Positions 12,801 through 26,000 of a stretch of 64,000 nt of DNA are shown piece after piece. Origin of the DNA: Magallana gigas (Eukaryota); NCBI RefSeq assembly GCF_963853765.1, contig NC_088855.1:19592001-19656000 (forward strand). Reading direction: 5' to 3'. Numbering within the stretch: position 1 is the stretch's first letter; every line of letters begins with the position of its first letter. The notes beneath the pieces are model-generated. The model had not been told where the DNA came from. It was given only the letters and a program-made list of their open reading frames with translations, and ran no database searches. Both the position numbers and the translations under genes were made by a program.

Positions 12801-15800
12801 TTTTGTTTAAAAATTGCCACGAAAATGGTATCCTGGAACATATAGTATAAAAATCTAACGTAAAGTATGATTTGCAATACATGTACCTTAAAGAAACCAA
12901 CTAGTTCTTTGGCCTCGATGTCCATCAAGTTTTGCATTCTCTGTTGATTCACTTTCTCCACCGTCTCCGTAATGTTCAGACCCTGTTTGTTCCTGGGTGA
13001 TTTACTCAGCCCTTGTTCTTTAGTCTCAATGTCCTTGTGGTCCTCCCAAAACTGTTTACCCAGTGCCTCCATTGTCTCTGGAAAAGTAAGGCCCTTTTTG
13101 TTGCTGGGAGATTTACTCAGGGGCTGAGACTGCTCAGTAGCTTTTTCACTTGTCACAGGGAATGACAACTGTTCCCCTGGCTTTTGGTTGCTCCTGTTTG
13201 GGCTTGTACTTTTGGACAGACCCTGTGCTGATGGTGGGGACTGAATGGTTGATTTTTTCAACTGATCAGCCAGTGTTTGTTGTATGAATTTTTCCTCTGC
13301 TTCCTTCTTTTTTTCTTTCTCTAGCTGCTCTTCAAACTGGCGCTTAGCTTCTTGTTTCTCATGATATATCTAGAAATATGAATCACCAATAAATGTGCTT
13401 TATTTGCTTAAATTCTATATAAATTCTTTGACATAAAAGATTCAATTAAATTAAAATTCATTTATCAAATGAAAAGTTTTAATTGTAAAAATATATCTAT
13501 AAATTGATGAATTGTTTGCTTTTAAATAAATATTTACATCAATATGCATGTACTACCACTTGCACCTTTTTACAAACTAAAACAGACTAAACTGACCTCA
13601 TCGTAATGCTGCATGATTTTGTCCCCTGCTGTAGACGCTTCTTTAATTATTTTAGAGACATCACTGTGTTGGGCCCCAGTGGCAGATGGCTGCTTTTTCT
13701 CTACCCCAGGGGCCGGAGGTCTCTGTGGCCTGTTCAGGTCATTCATTGGTCGGCTGTCACTCACCGAACTCCCCGTATTAGCACTGCCTTGTTGTACAAA
13801 CTTTGGGTTATCGCTTGTCTTGAAGCAAACTGCACACACCCTAGTATCTGGGTCATTGTGAAAGGTGCAATGTTGACAGATCCAAGGGGATCCGTACCCC
13901 TCCACTTTGGGTTTGTGGATCTGGGGTGGGGGTTCCTTGGGGATCCGTGGTGGAATGGGCACTGGAGGTGAATCTAATGGGGGAACAATTTGTAGGTCTG
14001 CAGGAGGGGGGTAATTCTGATACACTGTCTTTGCAGATACTGGCATGTCATGGAATTTCGGGGGAGGTGGAACTTGCTGGGTACTTGGAGGTTTCCTCTC
14101 ATCTACAATACTACTGGTTTGCCTGCGATGAGACTCGTTGGCTCTGTTTTCTTGAAAGACCTTTCTCTCCTCCATTAAAGGTAAATTTGGTCTTTCTGGG
14201 GTATGCTTCTGGGTATGCACAGGTGTATTTTCTGTTCTTTCCTGAAACATGGACTGACTTCTCCTGTGCTCCACATTCTGCTGAAGAGTACCAGATTTTG
14301 GTGACTGATTTAATGGTTGATTCACATATGGAAAATTCCCATGCATATGTGGCGATACTTTGGGGATTTGTTGAGAGTTCTGTTTGGAATGATATGCCAG
14401 CAGCGGGTTATGAGGCGATGTACACTGAATGCTCTGCTCTGTTTGGGGAAAGTATGAAGAAGGCCCTGTTGGATGACCATAAAATGAAGGAGGGCTTTGC
14501 ATGGCCATGCTCGGACTAGGGCCTTCGGTGGGGTACACTGGAGGACTGCTTTGATACGAGTTTGGAACGAAGATGAACACTCCACTGTGCGGTGGGTTAA
14601 CCCCGCCGGGAGAATTGACCGAGGGCAAATGTCCAAGGGGAAGGCTACTCAGCCCTACTTGCTGCTGGTAATTGAGGGGCCACTGTGAGGGGTAATACAT
14701 CTGATCCTGCTGGACCAGAACCTTATCCAGCTCTTTCTCGTATTTTTCAAGCTCTATCTTCTCCCTCTGCAGGAATCCTTTTTTCCTGAACAGACGGCCA
14801 TACTCTTCATCTTCATAGAAAGTTGCATTTTGAGCTATGCATTCCTGGATTCTGACCTCGATGTTATCAATTTCTTCCTGCAGCGTCTCCAAGTGAATCT
14901 CTATTTTGGATTTTCTTCTGTACAGGTCGGGAATGGCCAGAATCTTGTCAAGAAGTTTGGAGGTCGGGGGTCCCCCAGGAGCTGCTCTCTGCATGCTTGG
15001 GGGCACAGAAGGCAGAGTGTGGTACACCTATAAGTAATCATCGATTACATGTACAGTGACTATCAATGTTACATTTCATACATATAAATCTACAAACTTT
15101 TTATGATATACCATATATCTGGTAATTTTCGCGATGATCTAATTTTCGCTTTTATCACGAAGTCTTTTAAATCGTCGCAAATTATTGAATACGCAGATAT
15201 TATATTCTGTATTATTTTCTTTAAGAAACTTTTTAAATCACAAAAAATGACTGGTGCCAATTAAAAATGCTAAAATTTCCCCCCATTTTCGCTTATTTTG
15301 TGACACGCGAAAAAAACCCAGATGTACAATATGCCATTTATGTGGACATATACCATAGGAATAAATGCTATATGTTTTAAATTTTTTGTACATGTACAAA
15401 ATTTTCATTCATCTACATGTATTGTTTGATATATATTCAGGTTTAAGTATTTTGTTTGAAATTCTCTAACTGTTGCATGCTTCAGCATGCCAGTGGTATG
15501 CTGACCAAATTACTTTTTGACTGTTTTTTAAAATTTTTTAAACAGCCTGTCGTTAAAGCTGTAAATAAGAAATATTTAGATAGGAATTACATATATACTA
15601 GGTAGTAAAGAAACAAAAATACAAAATACATGTATAAGTTAATGATGCACTGTAACAAACTTTGTCAGTGATATTTATTTGGTACATGCATGTGTTGTTT
15701 TGTATACAAAGCAAACAAACATGCGAGATACTTACATTCTGATGCATGTTTGGGTCATGTGACATTCTGCGTAGAGTCCCTGGCTGCGATTGCAGTCTGT

Positions 15801-18800
15801 CAAATAAAGTTCAGAATAATTTTTAAGTAAAAAAGAAATTTGAACATGTATATCACTTCCTTTTGTATCTAAAGGAATGCAACTAAATTTCCTATTTATC
15901 TTGTTTATCATTTGGAGATTTGCAGGAAGCTTACAGATAATGTATTTAAAGAACAAAAAATCCATAAAAATAAATCTAAAACATTGAAGATTTCAAAGTA
16001 TTCAATGATTAATAAACAGCGAGTTAAAAAGTTCACTGGGACATAACCTTGGTTGGTCATGTGATCAAATCCTGTGAAGCCCAAAGGGCTATTCAGATGA
16101 GCAACCAAGTTCATATTTCGGTGAATTTTTTAACAATGCTGCTTAATTACTTATATTTAAGTTTAAAAAAGACAAGTTGTTCAGAATTATAAGCATCAGT
16201 GTGTTTTAAAGGTTAGTATATGTAAATAAATCTACCATCAAACGATAAGCACAATAAGTGGTTATCATTGTGATGTCATCAAAAATTTCACACAGAATTG
16301 AACGTTTTTGCTATTATATAGGTTCATATAAGAAAGCTAATTTGCAGACGTAAATATTTTCATTTTAATTTCCACTACCATAAGAGCTAGGCAAGCTCAA
16401 CTTTGATCTCATCTTACTTCATACATGTATGAGAAATCCCTTGAGGGGATGTTGTGGGGATTGGGGAGGTGGGGTGGGAGATTTGACTGTATAAGATTAC
16501 ATCTATAAGTTTACCCTGATATTAAGCCCTCCTGGGGGTGGTGTTCCTCCATGCCTGGAACATTTTGTACAGAGTGGTGCATTGTAGATAAATCCATATT
16601 GTTATTGTTGGCAGACATTACATAGTGAGACTGGTTCACATTGGAACCAGCTGAATATGGAGTCACGATCGGCTTTATACAATATGGAGGTTGTTCACTG
16701 GTGGAGTAATATGGCTGATTTTGGGTGGCGTCTTGCGTGGCGTACTGCAGTACTTCTTGTGGCAGCTGGTCGTGTGTTTGCTGTGGGGTAGGTGAAGGAA
16801 TAAGAGCATGGCTCTCTTTGGCTGACAGATATTCATGGTCATCCGAGTTCTGTTCTGTACTCGACATCTGCAAAAATAATTTCAAAACTCAAAACATCAT
16901 ATACTTGATATAATGATTTCATGTGCAAAGAAAAAATATTGTAAATGAAAAAATATGTTTTGTTTCTGAGAGTCTGAATCTAGGTTTAAGTACCCTTAAT
17001 TTCTGGCGATCATGATTTTTGCGTTTTGGGTGCTGATGCCATCTTTCGTCACAGGCTGTACAGAGCTGTTTGTTGTCACAGCGACCACACATGAACATGG
17101 CTACTGACTGACCACAGATGTCGCACACTGGCAATAAAATGGAAAACATACATCAATGTTAATTTAAATTTCACCAAATCACACTTGTAATAGGTTATTA
17201 AGTGAATTATATCAATACTCATGCTCAAAAATTTGATGAAGCTAAAATTTCAATTTGCTTTCTTATATGAAAGACAAAGTAAAAAAAAAAGAAAGAGATA
17301 TTAAATTGCACACAGAATTAGCAATTCGTCTTGAAAGTAGGATGAAAGCTATATAAAATGCTGATTTTATTTCAGTTGTTATAATTGCAGTCTGGTTGCC
17401 AAATTCCTTTCATTTCAGAAAGTCTTAGGAATCATGCTAAGTTATTATCTTTGCAGATGCAGGAATTTAGAACTGACCTATGCTGGACTGTGGAGATTCC
17501 ACTTCACTAGAGCCTGTTCTTTGTCCACCAGATTTGTTAGACTAAGAATGTTAAAACAAAACTTACAATTAAATACAATCATCAGAGGTTCAGATAATAG
17601 TTTATTCAAATTATCAATCAATTAAGGGCTAAAGTTCTGAGCTCATTATGCCATGTATATGTACCGGAGATGCACTTGGAATGGATAGTTTTGATTCAGT
17701 TACAGCCTCTCTGATTGGTTGCTGTACTTGATTTGTTACGTCCTGCCTCATTGGCTGACTGTCAGAGTAGGAGGAACTACTGGATGATGATCTTTGCTGA
17801 TTGGTCAGTCTAGATTCTGTATGCGTATTAGATGCAATGCTTGCTACAGGCTTCTGTAAAAAAGATTTAATTTTTCTAGGTAGGTATTTTCAAAGTCTAA
17901 AACACCCTATCTGACTGGTAGTAATTAGGAGTTTAAAGCAAAATAAGAAAAACAAAACTTACCAATTTTCTCATGGGTAGATTTCCTTGTTGAATCCAGT
18001 TCTTTTGAAAGCTTGCCACATCCAGCCTATGAGATATGATAAAATAATTTTCTTTTGAATGTTAAATGGACATGTAGATGAATTCCAGGTATATGAAATA
18101 ATTTACCTGACTAATGAATTGCAAAGTATACTGACAAACAACCTACACTGTTTGATGGGGCAGTAAATTCTCCACCCTCTCTGGATAAGGGTGATAATTT
18201 GTTAGATAGGCATCTAGCTCTCTCTTCCCACACATAATGTCGGCCAGCAGGCGATACAGTTGCTCTTCATTTGTTTGGCCAGAGTTAGGAAACTGGAGTC
18301 CATCTTGGATGTCCTCGGTATATCCCATCAGCTTCATGATGTCTCTCCCTCCCTGTGATTCAGAATGCAAAAATTTACAGCCATAAGGTCGTCATATAGA
18401 TAGAAAAGTTTTACAATAGGACTACACATGGGAATGTTTCTTTGGTAGGAATTTTGCAACCTCCTCCAAAGTAATAACTGATAATCACTCAATTCCACTA
18501 ATGGATTAAGGGTGTTGTTTACTCAGGGTTTGAGATCTCAAATTCGGATTGTTATAAAGTTTAATATAATCAGTAAAATTTGTTCTAAACACAAAAAGTA
18601 TTTATGAAATGAATTATTATTGGCAAATCATTCGATATTTTTTCTTTATTATGGAATTAGGCTCAAACAAAAATTGACTATTAGCTAAACAGAGGAAATT
18701 CGGACTAGATTTTGAAGATTTTGTTTTTAGCTAAAAAATTTTTGGCAGTACTCTAATATTAAAAGATAGGATGTTATATTTTAGCATATGTAATTTTGCA

Positions 18801-21307
18801 TATTTTCTGTTGGTTTTACCTCACCTATTCATTAAAATAATCTTTTGGCACGAATTGCAATAATATTGAAAAATGCTTAAAAATGATAAAAGACACCATA
18901 TCTCAAAATTTTGATCATTGACCTTATATAAATTTTATGCCAACAGAATAAGGTTAATATAAGTAGTTCAATACCATATATGTTTTTGTATTATCATCAT
19001 TCAATTTTTTGTAAAATTGGATTAAAAATGGGTAGGGATTTGAAAACTGATAGAGGAAATTCGGACTGAAATATTTTCTAAAATTGTTGTAGAAATATTA
19101 ATGCTTTGTGCTTATTTAGTGCCACTACCATTCATAAACTGTATTTTATTTTTTAAAGTGTTTTATTATTTGTAGTATTTTTACAATTAAGAAAATCTCA
19201 ATCTTAGTGTAAAATTTTATGGGATTTTTCTTGATTTTACAAAAAATACGCAATGGCCATTAACTCAAAAAGTAGGTCATTGACTTACTTTTCTGAAAGT
19301 GAAAAATAAAACTACAAGCAAAGGTCTATAACACACAATAGATGGTTTTTCATTATCATCAGTGGATTTTTTTTTCATTTTGAGTAAACGTCATCCTTAA
19401 ATGGAGCTTTTATATACTCTGGAATATATACAATGGATAGCCTTTTCTCTAAATCCCGTCTTAATTTCCATAATCAAAAGCTACATGTACTAGTGTGTTC
19501 ATATTAAGAACTTTCACAGTGTTAACAATACAGTGAAAGTTGGAAACACAGTAAAACATGGTAAAGCATAGTGCCAGGGGAAAAGCAATTTTGATCCATT
19601 ATTAATGTACCGGTAAATAAATTTAATATCTGAATATAGCATAGTGCCCGGGATGAGCAATTTTGTCAATTTATTATTGATGTAATATTATAACCAAATA
19701 TTTTAATACTAGAGGTACTGTGAGCAAGCTCACAATTGATACCCCCCGCTAAGAAAAAATTAATATTTAAACATTTTAAATTATTGGTATACTGAGCCGG
19801 ATTTTTTCCGAAATTTATTTTTTACACATTTTTTTTTCCTAAAAAAAAATTCATCATGGCAGGCCATTTTCAGGGAGACAGGGATGAGAGTCTAAAAATA
19901 GTTTCATGTAGCCTGAGACATGCAAGCTTTGTGTCAAATTTTAGCTTCTAATATTTCCATTAATACAAGACATAACACAGACAGAATTTAACATTTTTGA
20001 AACAATGACCTTGAACTTCCTCAATTGACCTTGGGTCAAGGTCATGACACACCCGTAGGTCATAAGCAATCCCTGTGTGAAGTAAAAACTTCCAATGTTT
20101 CCCCAATAGGAAAGATATGGACCTGACACGAATTTTGCATTTTTTATGCCAGTGACCTTGACCTCTCCCAAATGACCATGGGTCAAGGTCATGACACACC
20201 CTTAGGTCATAAGCAATCATTGTGTGAAGTAAAAACTTCCAATGTTTCCCCATAAAAAAGATATGGACCGGTCACAAATTTTGCATTTTTTTCTGCCAGT
20301 GACCTTGACCTTGCCCGAATGACCTTGGATCAAGGTCATGACACACCCTTAGGTCATAAGCAATCTTTGTGTGAGGTAAGAACTTCCAATGTTTCTCCAT
20401 AAGAAAGATATGGACCGGACATGATTGCACAGACAGACGGACGGATGGACGGACGGACAGACGGACAAGGTAATTCCTATATACCCCCCAAACTTTGTTT
20501 GTGGGGGGTATAATAATACAATTTTAAGAATAAAGATGGAAGAAATGAAACAGACTTTTCTGTAACCATGAATTCTTCATAAGTGTTTTCACTATAATCA
20601 GGTTTCAAGGGATATTAAAATCATGTTCAATACAAATAAAGGGGTGGGGGGGGGGGTCTATGACGGTGAACCTACCACAACACAGTCGACTCTGTCCCTG
20701 AAGATGTTGTTGGAAAACTTGACGACCCGCCACATCTGTGACCTCTCAACTGGAGGTTTTAGTAGGTGGCGGCAGTACTTTTCCAAAATATTCAGAGCCA
20801 CTCCGATCTTCTTGATTCCCTCCAAAAACTATAAATCCAGAACATTGGATATAAATAAAGACTTTGTGTAAAAACAGTGCTAAGACGTGTTTTTTGAGTT
20901 AAGCAAGCTAATAAAACAGAAATATTGTGTCCATATAACTATAATTTCACATCCACAATCAGTGATTAAATATTAAGGTTAAAAAAAAACTGCAATTAGA
21001 ACACACAATTTTAGCAAAATATTGTCAAAGAAAGATGGTCAGATGAAGAGTAAAAAATAATCTTGTTGAGTAAGTTAATGAAGAATGGCTCAGTTTACCC
21101 GCATAAAATATGATTAAGGTTAGTACTTTGACGTACATTGCTGTTGTCCTTGAAGAGTTCCTCCATGGGTAGCAGCTGATACCTCTGCCCCAGGGGGCAG
21201 TTGACACAGATTAACCCATCAATGAGGTGGGTGACCTCCTCTGACTTCAATAATGCCTCATAAATCCGCTGCTGAAGCTCTTTCACCTCAGAACACCGAT
21301 CACCCAT
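6836..21307 (-). CDS. RNF31: E3 ubiquitin-protein ligase RNF31/HOIP (LUBAC catalytic subunit), about 1721 aa
   Basis: 23 phase-compatible exons: 21307-21137, 20828-20676, 18352-18147, 18026-17963, 17853-17665, 17541-17478, 17127-16994, 16867-16515, 15796-15736, 15027-13597, 13369-12887, 12534-12265, 12053-11751, 11336-11118, 10933-10763, 10394-10296, 9861-9766, 9454-9340, 9038-8920, 8821-8708, 8326-8178, 7756-7588, 6868-6836. Domains in order: PUB ([12 protein letters not shown]...WRVVKFSN), B-box (CDIC...CGRC...[12 protein letters not shown]), NZF ([10 protein letters not shown]...CAVC), UBA region, RING1-IBR-RING2 with catalytic LAKGGCMHF, and LDD ([15 protein letters not shown]...IKDKIPLQR*). 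Confidence 0.95.
9963..10196. mobile_element. MITE remnant in an RNF31 intron
   Basis: Imperfect terminal inverted repeats CTGTAAATTC / GAATTTACAA. Confidence 0.5.
15109..15331. mobile_element. MITE in an RNF31 intron
   Basis: Imperfect TIRs ATATCTGGTAATTTTCGCG / CGCGAAAAAAACCCAGATGT. Confidence 0.55.
18510..19396. mobile_element. Non-autonomous Kolobok-like DNA transposon (TTAA target duplication)
   Basis: TTAA|GGGTGTTGTTTACTCA ... TGAGTAAACGTCATCC|TTAA: 13/16 TIR match, GG termini, TTAA on both sides, no ORF. Confidence 0.7.
19708..20514 (-). mobile_element. Non-autonomous Helentron/DINE-1/Pearl-like element with about 3 tandem 147-bp core repeats
   Basis: Left end: ACTAGAG, the palindrome TGTGAGC-AA-GCTCACA and the subterminal repeat ATACCCCCC. 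Core anchors G(G/A)TCAAG fall at 20034, 20181 and 20328. Then an ACGG/ACAG microsatellite, and a right-end hairpin ATACCCCCC...GGGGGGTAT. Confidence 0.85.
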
Positions 21308-23076
21308 CTTGTTTGTTTTTTAATCAATAAATGCCCAATAATAAGGGACTTCTGCAATAAAAATATAGTGTTGTTAATTACAGTATTAATGAGTATGCTG
21401 ATGATTGTGATCTATTTTAAAACTGTTATATTATATAAATAGAAATTTGTGAATAAAAACAAACATGACCTCCCAAATAAGGAAGTTAAAGCTCCAAAGG
21501 TCAAAACCAATCAAAACATATACGGTACACATAAGCACATCGTACCGGTAATTTGTAGCTAAAAATCAAAATATTGAGTGTTTCACCAAGACAGGATGAT
21601 GAAAATTGGCAATATCTTTACAGGAGCCTTAGTAAATCATAAATAAACGCTGAACAATCCTACACAACTGAAAACTTGTTTGACAGAATGATTATTAACT
21701 GGCATCATATCTAGACTTATAAAACTGTAAAAATTTAAAATATACTTTTCACCTACTTTTTTTTATTGCACGCATTCATGTCATAGATTATTTGTTTTCT
21801 GACTACAAAATCAAAATGTAACCCCGAAGCATTATTACTTGTACAATTTAAATTAAATTTCATTTTAATAATTAAATATATTGAGGTTTTCTTGTTTTTT
21901 GTTTTTTAAATAAACCACATTTAATCTTGATTAAACGTTATTAATTGATATCAAAATTTTATCAATCCAAGTTTAATTAACTGATTTATTTTTAAATCAT
22001 GTGGTTTTTAAAACCTTTTTATGGATATTAGTCATAGCATGCTTAATTATAGCCTTTTTTAAATAAAAAAAAAATGTCACCTTGAAATACATAAAACAGT
22101 TTCTTGTGAAACTTACGAATTCTTAAAACCAATTTTATTTCGATGCACAGCTTCTATGGCTTGCATCTACATCAGCATTTATTTCGATGTTTGCGCGGGT
22201 GGGGCAATGTTTACAAGCATTGCGTTGTTGACAAATTCAACAGATGACAGAGAAAAAGGAAGTTAAATTCAAATACACAAGTATTCGATTTATAGCAAAG
22301 TATTCAATGCAATGTTTTACATATATTAAAAACTCACATCAAAATCCACAAACCTCCTACGATTATAAGTTGCTTTAAACGTGGTTTTCCAAATTCAACA
22401 GTACTTTCATTTTCCTATGACTCATACAGTAAACAATGCGGATGGAATGAATTACCTCCCTTTGAAGAACTCTTTTGTGTACACATGGAAACTGTTTACA
22501 AATGGCGGATTAAATGAGAAGTTCACAAAATGTAGAAAAGTTTTCAATAGAAATACGCGACTTTTTCGCTATTAGTGAAGGGTCTCATTAGTAATATTTT
22601 TCAGGATAGATATTTTGGACGACAGAAGGCCAAAAAGGTTTGTTGGATTGGTTTCGTGGTGGTTATGGAACTTTATCATAAAGTTGTCGTAACATGTCAT
22701 TAATATATTTTTTTTATTAAATGTCGGTTAAATTAAACTCCTTACTACCCTTACGAACTAATCAAAAATATTTTTCTACAGTACAAATAAAATATTACAA
22801 ATGTACACGTAATTTATTTGTAAAGACTATCACCGAAAATTATTTACTTCCAATGTTTAAATGTTAGGCTCGACTCTTTTTGTTAATATCTTAACTAAAT
22901 TAATTTGATATTTTTGGAGAATTTGAATTTGTTTTCCATATTTTAAAAATGCTCATAAGCTTTTTTTTTTTTATTATTATGAAATTGATTTTTATTTCAT
23001 TGATATGTTAATTTTGAGTGTTGAGTGTGATCTTGATAATGTGATTATACATTTGACACACAGAGTCACTAGCAGA
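21308..23076. promoter_or_regulatory. Probable divergent promoter region of RNF31 and the C20orf96 homologue
   Basis: The start codons face away from each other about 1.8 kb apart, with local CpG retention around 22100-22700. The TSS was not located; inference only. Confidence 0.45.
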
Positions 23077-26000
23077 ATGTCATCCACCTTCGATATTGCT
23101 GGTACAACCAGCCGAGCCTCTCAGCTGCAGACCCAGGTCAGCAAAGAAGACCTGCTGAAAACTCTGGGAAACCAGCTGAATATGGACTTTTCCCAGTATG
23201 AAAGATGGACGCGGAAAACCAAAGTTACAAGACCACCACCTCCTCCCAAAGATGGTAATTAATAAGCAAAACATTATCTCTGGTAAAATTATCATGTAAA
23301 CTTACTCTGTTCCTTGAAAGAAAATGTATAGCGCTTTTTTTTTTTATTATTTTTTACAAAAAATATTATTTAATAAAAACTTATTTAAAACAAAGCAAAC
23401 TATCGGTAATTAAAATAAAAGGAATAAACTTTATTATAGAAATTTTCATGAGTCAGCAAGTTAATAAAAGGGCAAAAAAAAAATATATATTGAATTGTAG
23501 GCCTTGTAGTAATATATTTTATTCCAAATCACCTTTTCATTATTTTTATTTGTTTACTAACTACTTAGCATGTTTTTTTGTTTTTTGTTTTGGTGGGGGG
23601 GGGGTATGTTTTTATTTTTATTTATTTTGAATGCTTGATTAAAGTGGGACTACCAGGTAGTTAACTATGTGTGATTGTATGTGCAGGAGGAAGTAGAATG
23701 CTGATGGTTGGCAGAGTGAAGTCTGCCGATTCTTGTCTTCATGGCAAAGGCCAAGGCCATAACGTAACCTACAGAGAGAAGAAAGAGGCTGCCAAGATGT
23801 TAGAAATTAACAAAGAAAGAAATGAAAGGATTAAAATTCTCGAAGTATGTCAGTTACCTCTTTATTTTGAATTCATCAGTCAAAAAAATTTATTTGTACT
23901 GTTCAACAAATGAAAATAGTATACTGATACTAATGCATGTACATACACGATTATCAATTGCCTGTTATTTTTTGTATTCATCAGTGGTGAAAAATTGTTG
24001 TAAAAATTTTTTTTACAAATGCACATCGATTCCTGGTTTTTTTTAATTTGGAACATGAACTAATCTTTTAGTTAAGAATAAGGACCAGGAAGAAGACTTT
24101 GGATGAATATCTGAAGAGAAGCAGAGAACTGTATCCTTTTGGTTCTGAACTTGTAGCTTATACTGTGGAATCATTTAGATTTGTGGGGGCCAATTTTCAT
24201 GGTGTGTAGGTTTTGTTCTTGTTCATGGGGATGTAATTTCGTGGATGCGTGGGTTTTCAGTTTCAGTAAGAAAACATGTAAATCCTAAAAATTTATTTTC
24301 GTGGAGGATGTAAATTCTGGGGTTTGGCTACCAACAAATGCCATGAAAGTTGAGCCACCATGAATTCTAATGTTTCCACACGGTACATTAATTGTATGGA
24401 TTTTTTTTTTAATAGATTCCGCTTTCAAACTTAAATATGAGTCACAAATTTATTTATCAAATAAATGTAAACATTTAATACTGAAATTGAAATATACTCA
24501 GAAGAGAAAAAACATATATTTCTTGACCAGCATTACAGCTTGGAACAAAATATGAAGCTAAAAGAAAGTATTGAAAGTGATGAATATGGGACATTGAATG
24601 CTGTCAAAGGATTGCTAAGAAGATATGAGAAATACAGGGTAAAATCAATATGGATGTGTCATTTAAAATATGCATTTCTCATGCCATGCAAATAAAGAAT
24701 AATCTCAGTTTATTTCTGTGGTGGAAGACAATCAATTTTTTTTTTCATTGACAGGGGGGTATAACAACCTTAAACTCCAATTTTGTGAAAGAATATGATG
24801 CGGCAGTGAGAGACCTCGAGGAAACAAGACACAGAACAAATTCACAACTTCAAGGTAGTGATGGATGCCTATATTTGAATTTAATTTTCAGTACACATAT
24901 ACTGGGAGTGATTGTCAATTTGTTTGTCATTTTAAGAATGTAAACAAGCATAATTAATACCAGTACTTTTAAACTAACCTATAGTTCATAGTCAACCACA
25001 TTATCCTAGGATTCCTGTGACATACAGTGTAGATGGTGACCTTAATTTGTCAAAAGTGTCATTTTTTATGGCTGTTGATTGGTCTGTCTGCCAGTCTATA
25101 TTAACTTTTTTCTCTAGATTTTGAATCAATATGACTTTTGTGTATAAATTTAGTAATTATTAATTTCAACGTCACTTACACTTTTTGATATTTAGTTCAA
25201 AGTCAGTTCTGTGTTCTGACAGGGGTTACAGATATCTTCTACACCTGTAGACAGAAATGTATAAATCCTCAAAATCTCATATGTCTAAATGTTGGCAATA
25301 ATGGTATTGCACACTCGGATATACCACAGGCTATACAGACACGTGTACATCCACGTCTTGTCGTCTTCCCGTGTCAGGGACACGTCCCGAGCGGCGGACA
25401 GCAAACAAATCAAACCTTGGTCCTTTTCCCAAAGACCAAAAGGATGTGTTATCTGACAAGAGTGCTAAGTGCATCTCATTTCACACGTTGAACTGTAGAT
25501 CTGTTAAAAAAACAAAACAACATAGATTAACGACTTTATTTTATCCAACAACATTGACATAATCTGTCTAACAGAAACATGGCTCAGGCCGGACTCGGAT
25601 CAATCTGTTCTCTCGGAGTTGACACCATATGGATAGTGTATTTCAGAAGCCTCGACAAGATCAACGAGGAGGTGGCATCGCCATCGTACGCAGAGATAAG
25701 ATTAATGTTAAACACAAAGAACCTAGCTAACGTTTCACACATTTTGAACATCTCGAATGTTGTGTCAATGTTGGAAATAAACATATTTGCCTTTGTGTCA
25801 TTTATCGTCCACCACCTTCAAAGGCCATTTGTTTTAGAAACACAATATTTTTTGAAGAATGGACTCATTACCTTGACAGTCTTGCCATCATCCCAGAAGA
25901 ATTGGTGATTACAGGAGACTTAAATTTTCACATTGACAGAATGACAGTGAAGGAAATAAGTTTATCCTAACTCTTGAAGAGCATGGCTTATTACAGCACG

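Noticed and set aside
13606-15033. Several long plus-strand ORFs, including the 197-aa one at 13926
   Set aside because: They are antisense shadows of the 1431-bp RNF31 exon.
19941-20253. ORFs with repeated peptides (LTx[14 protein letters not shown])
   Set aside because: They are translations of the 147-bp tandem core, not genes.
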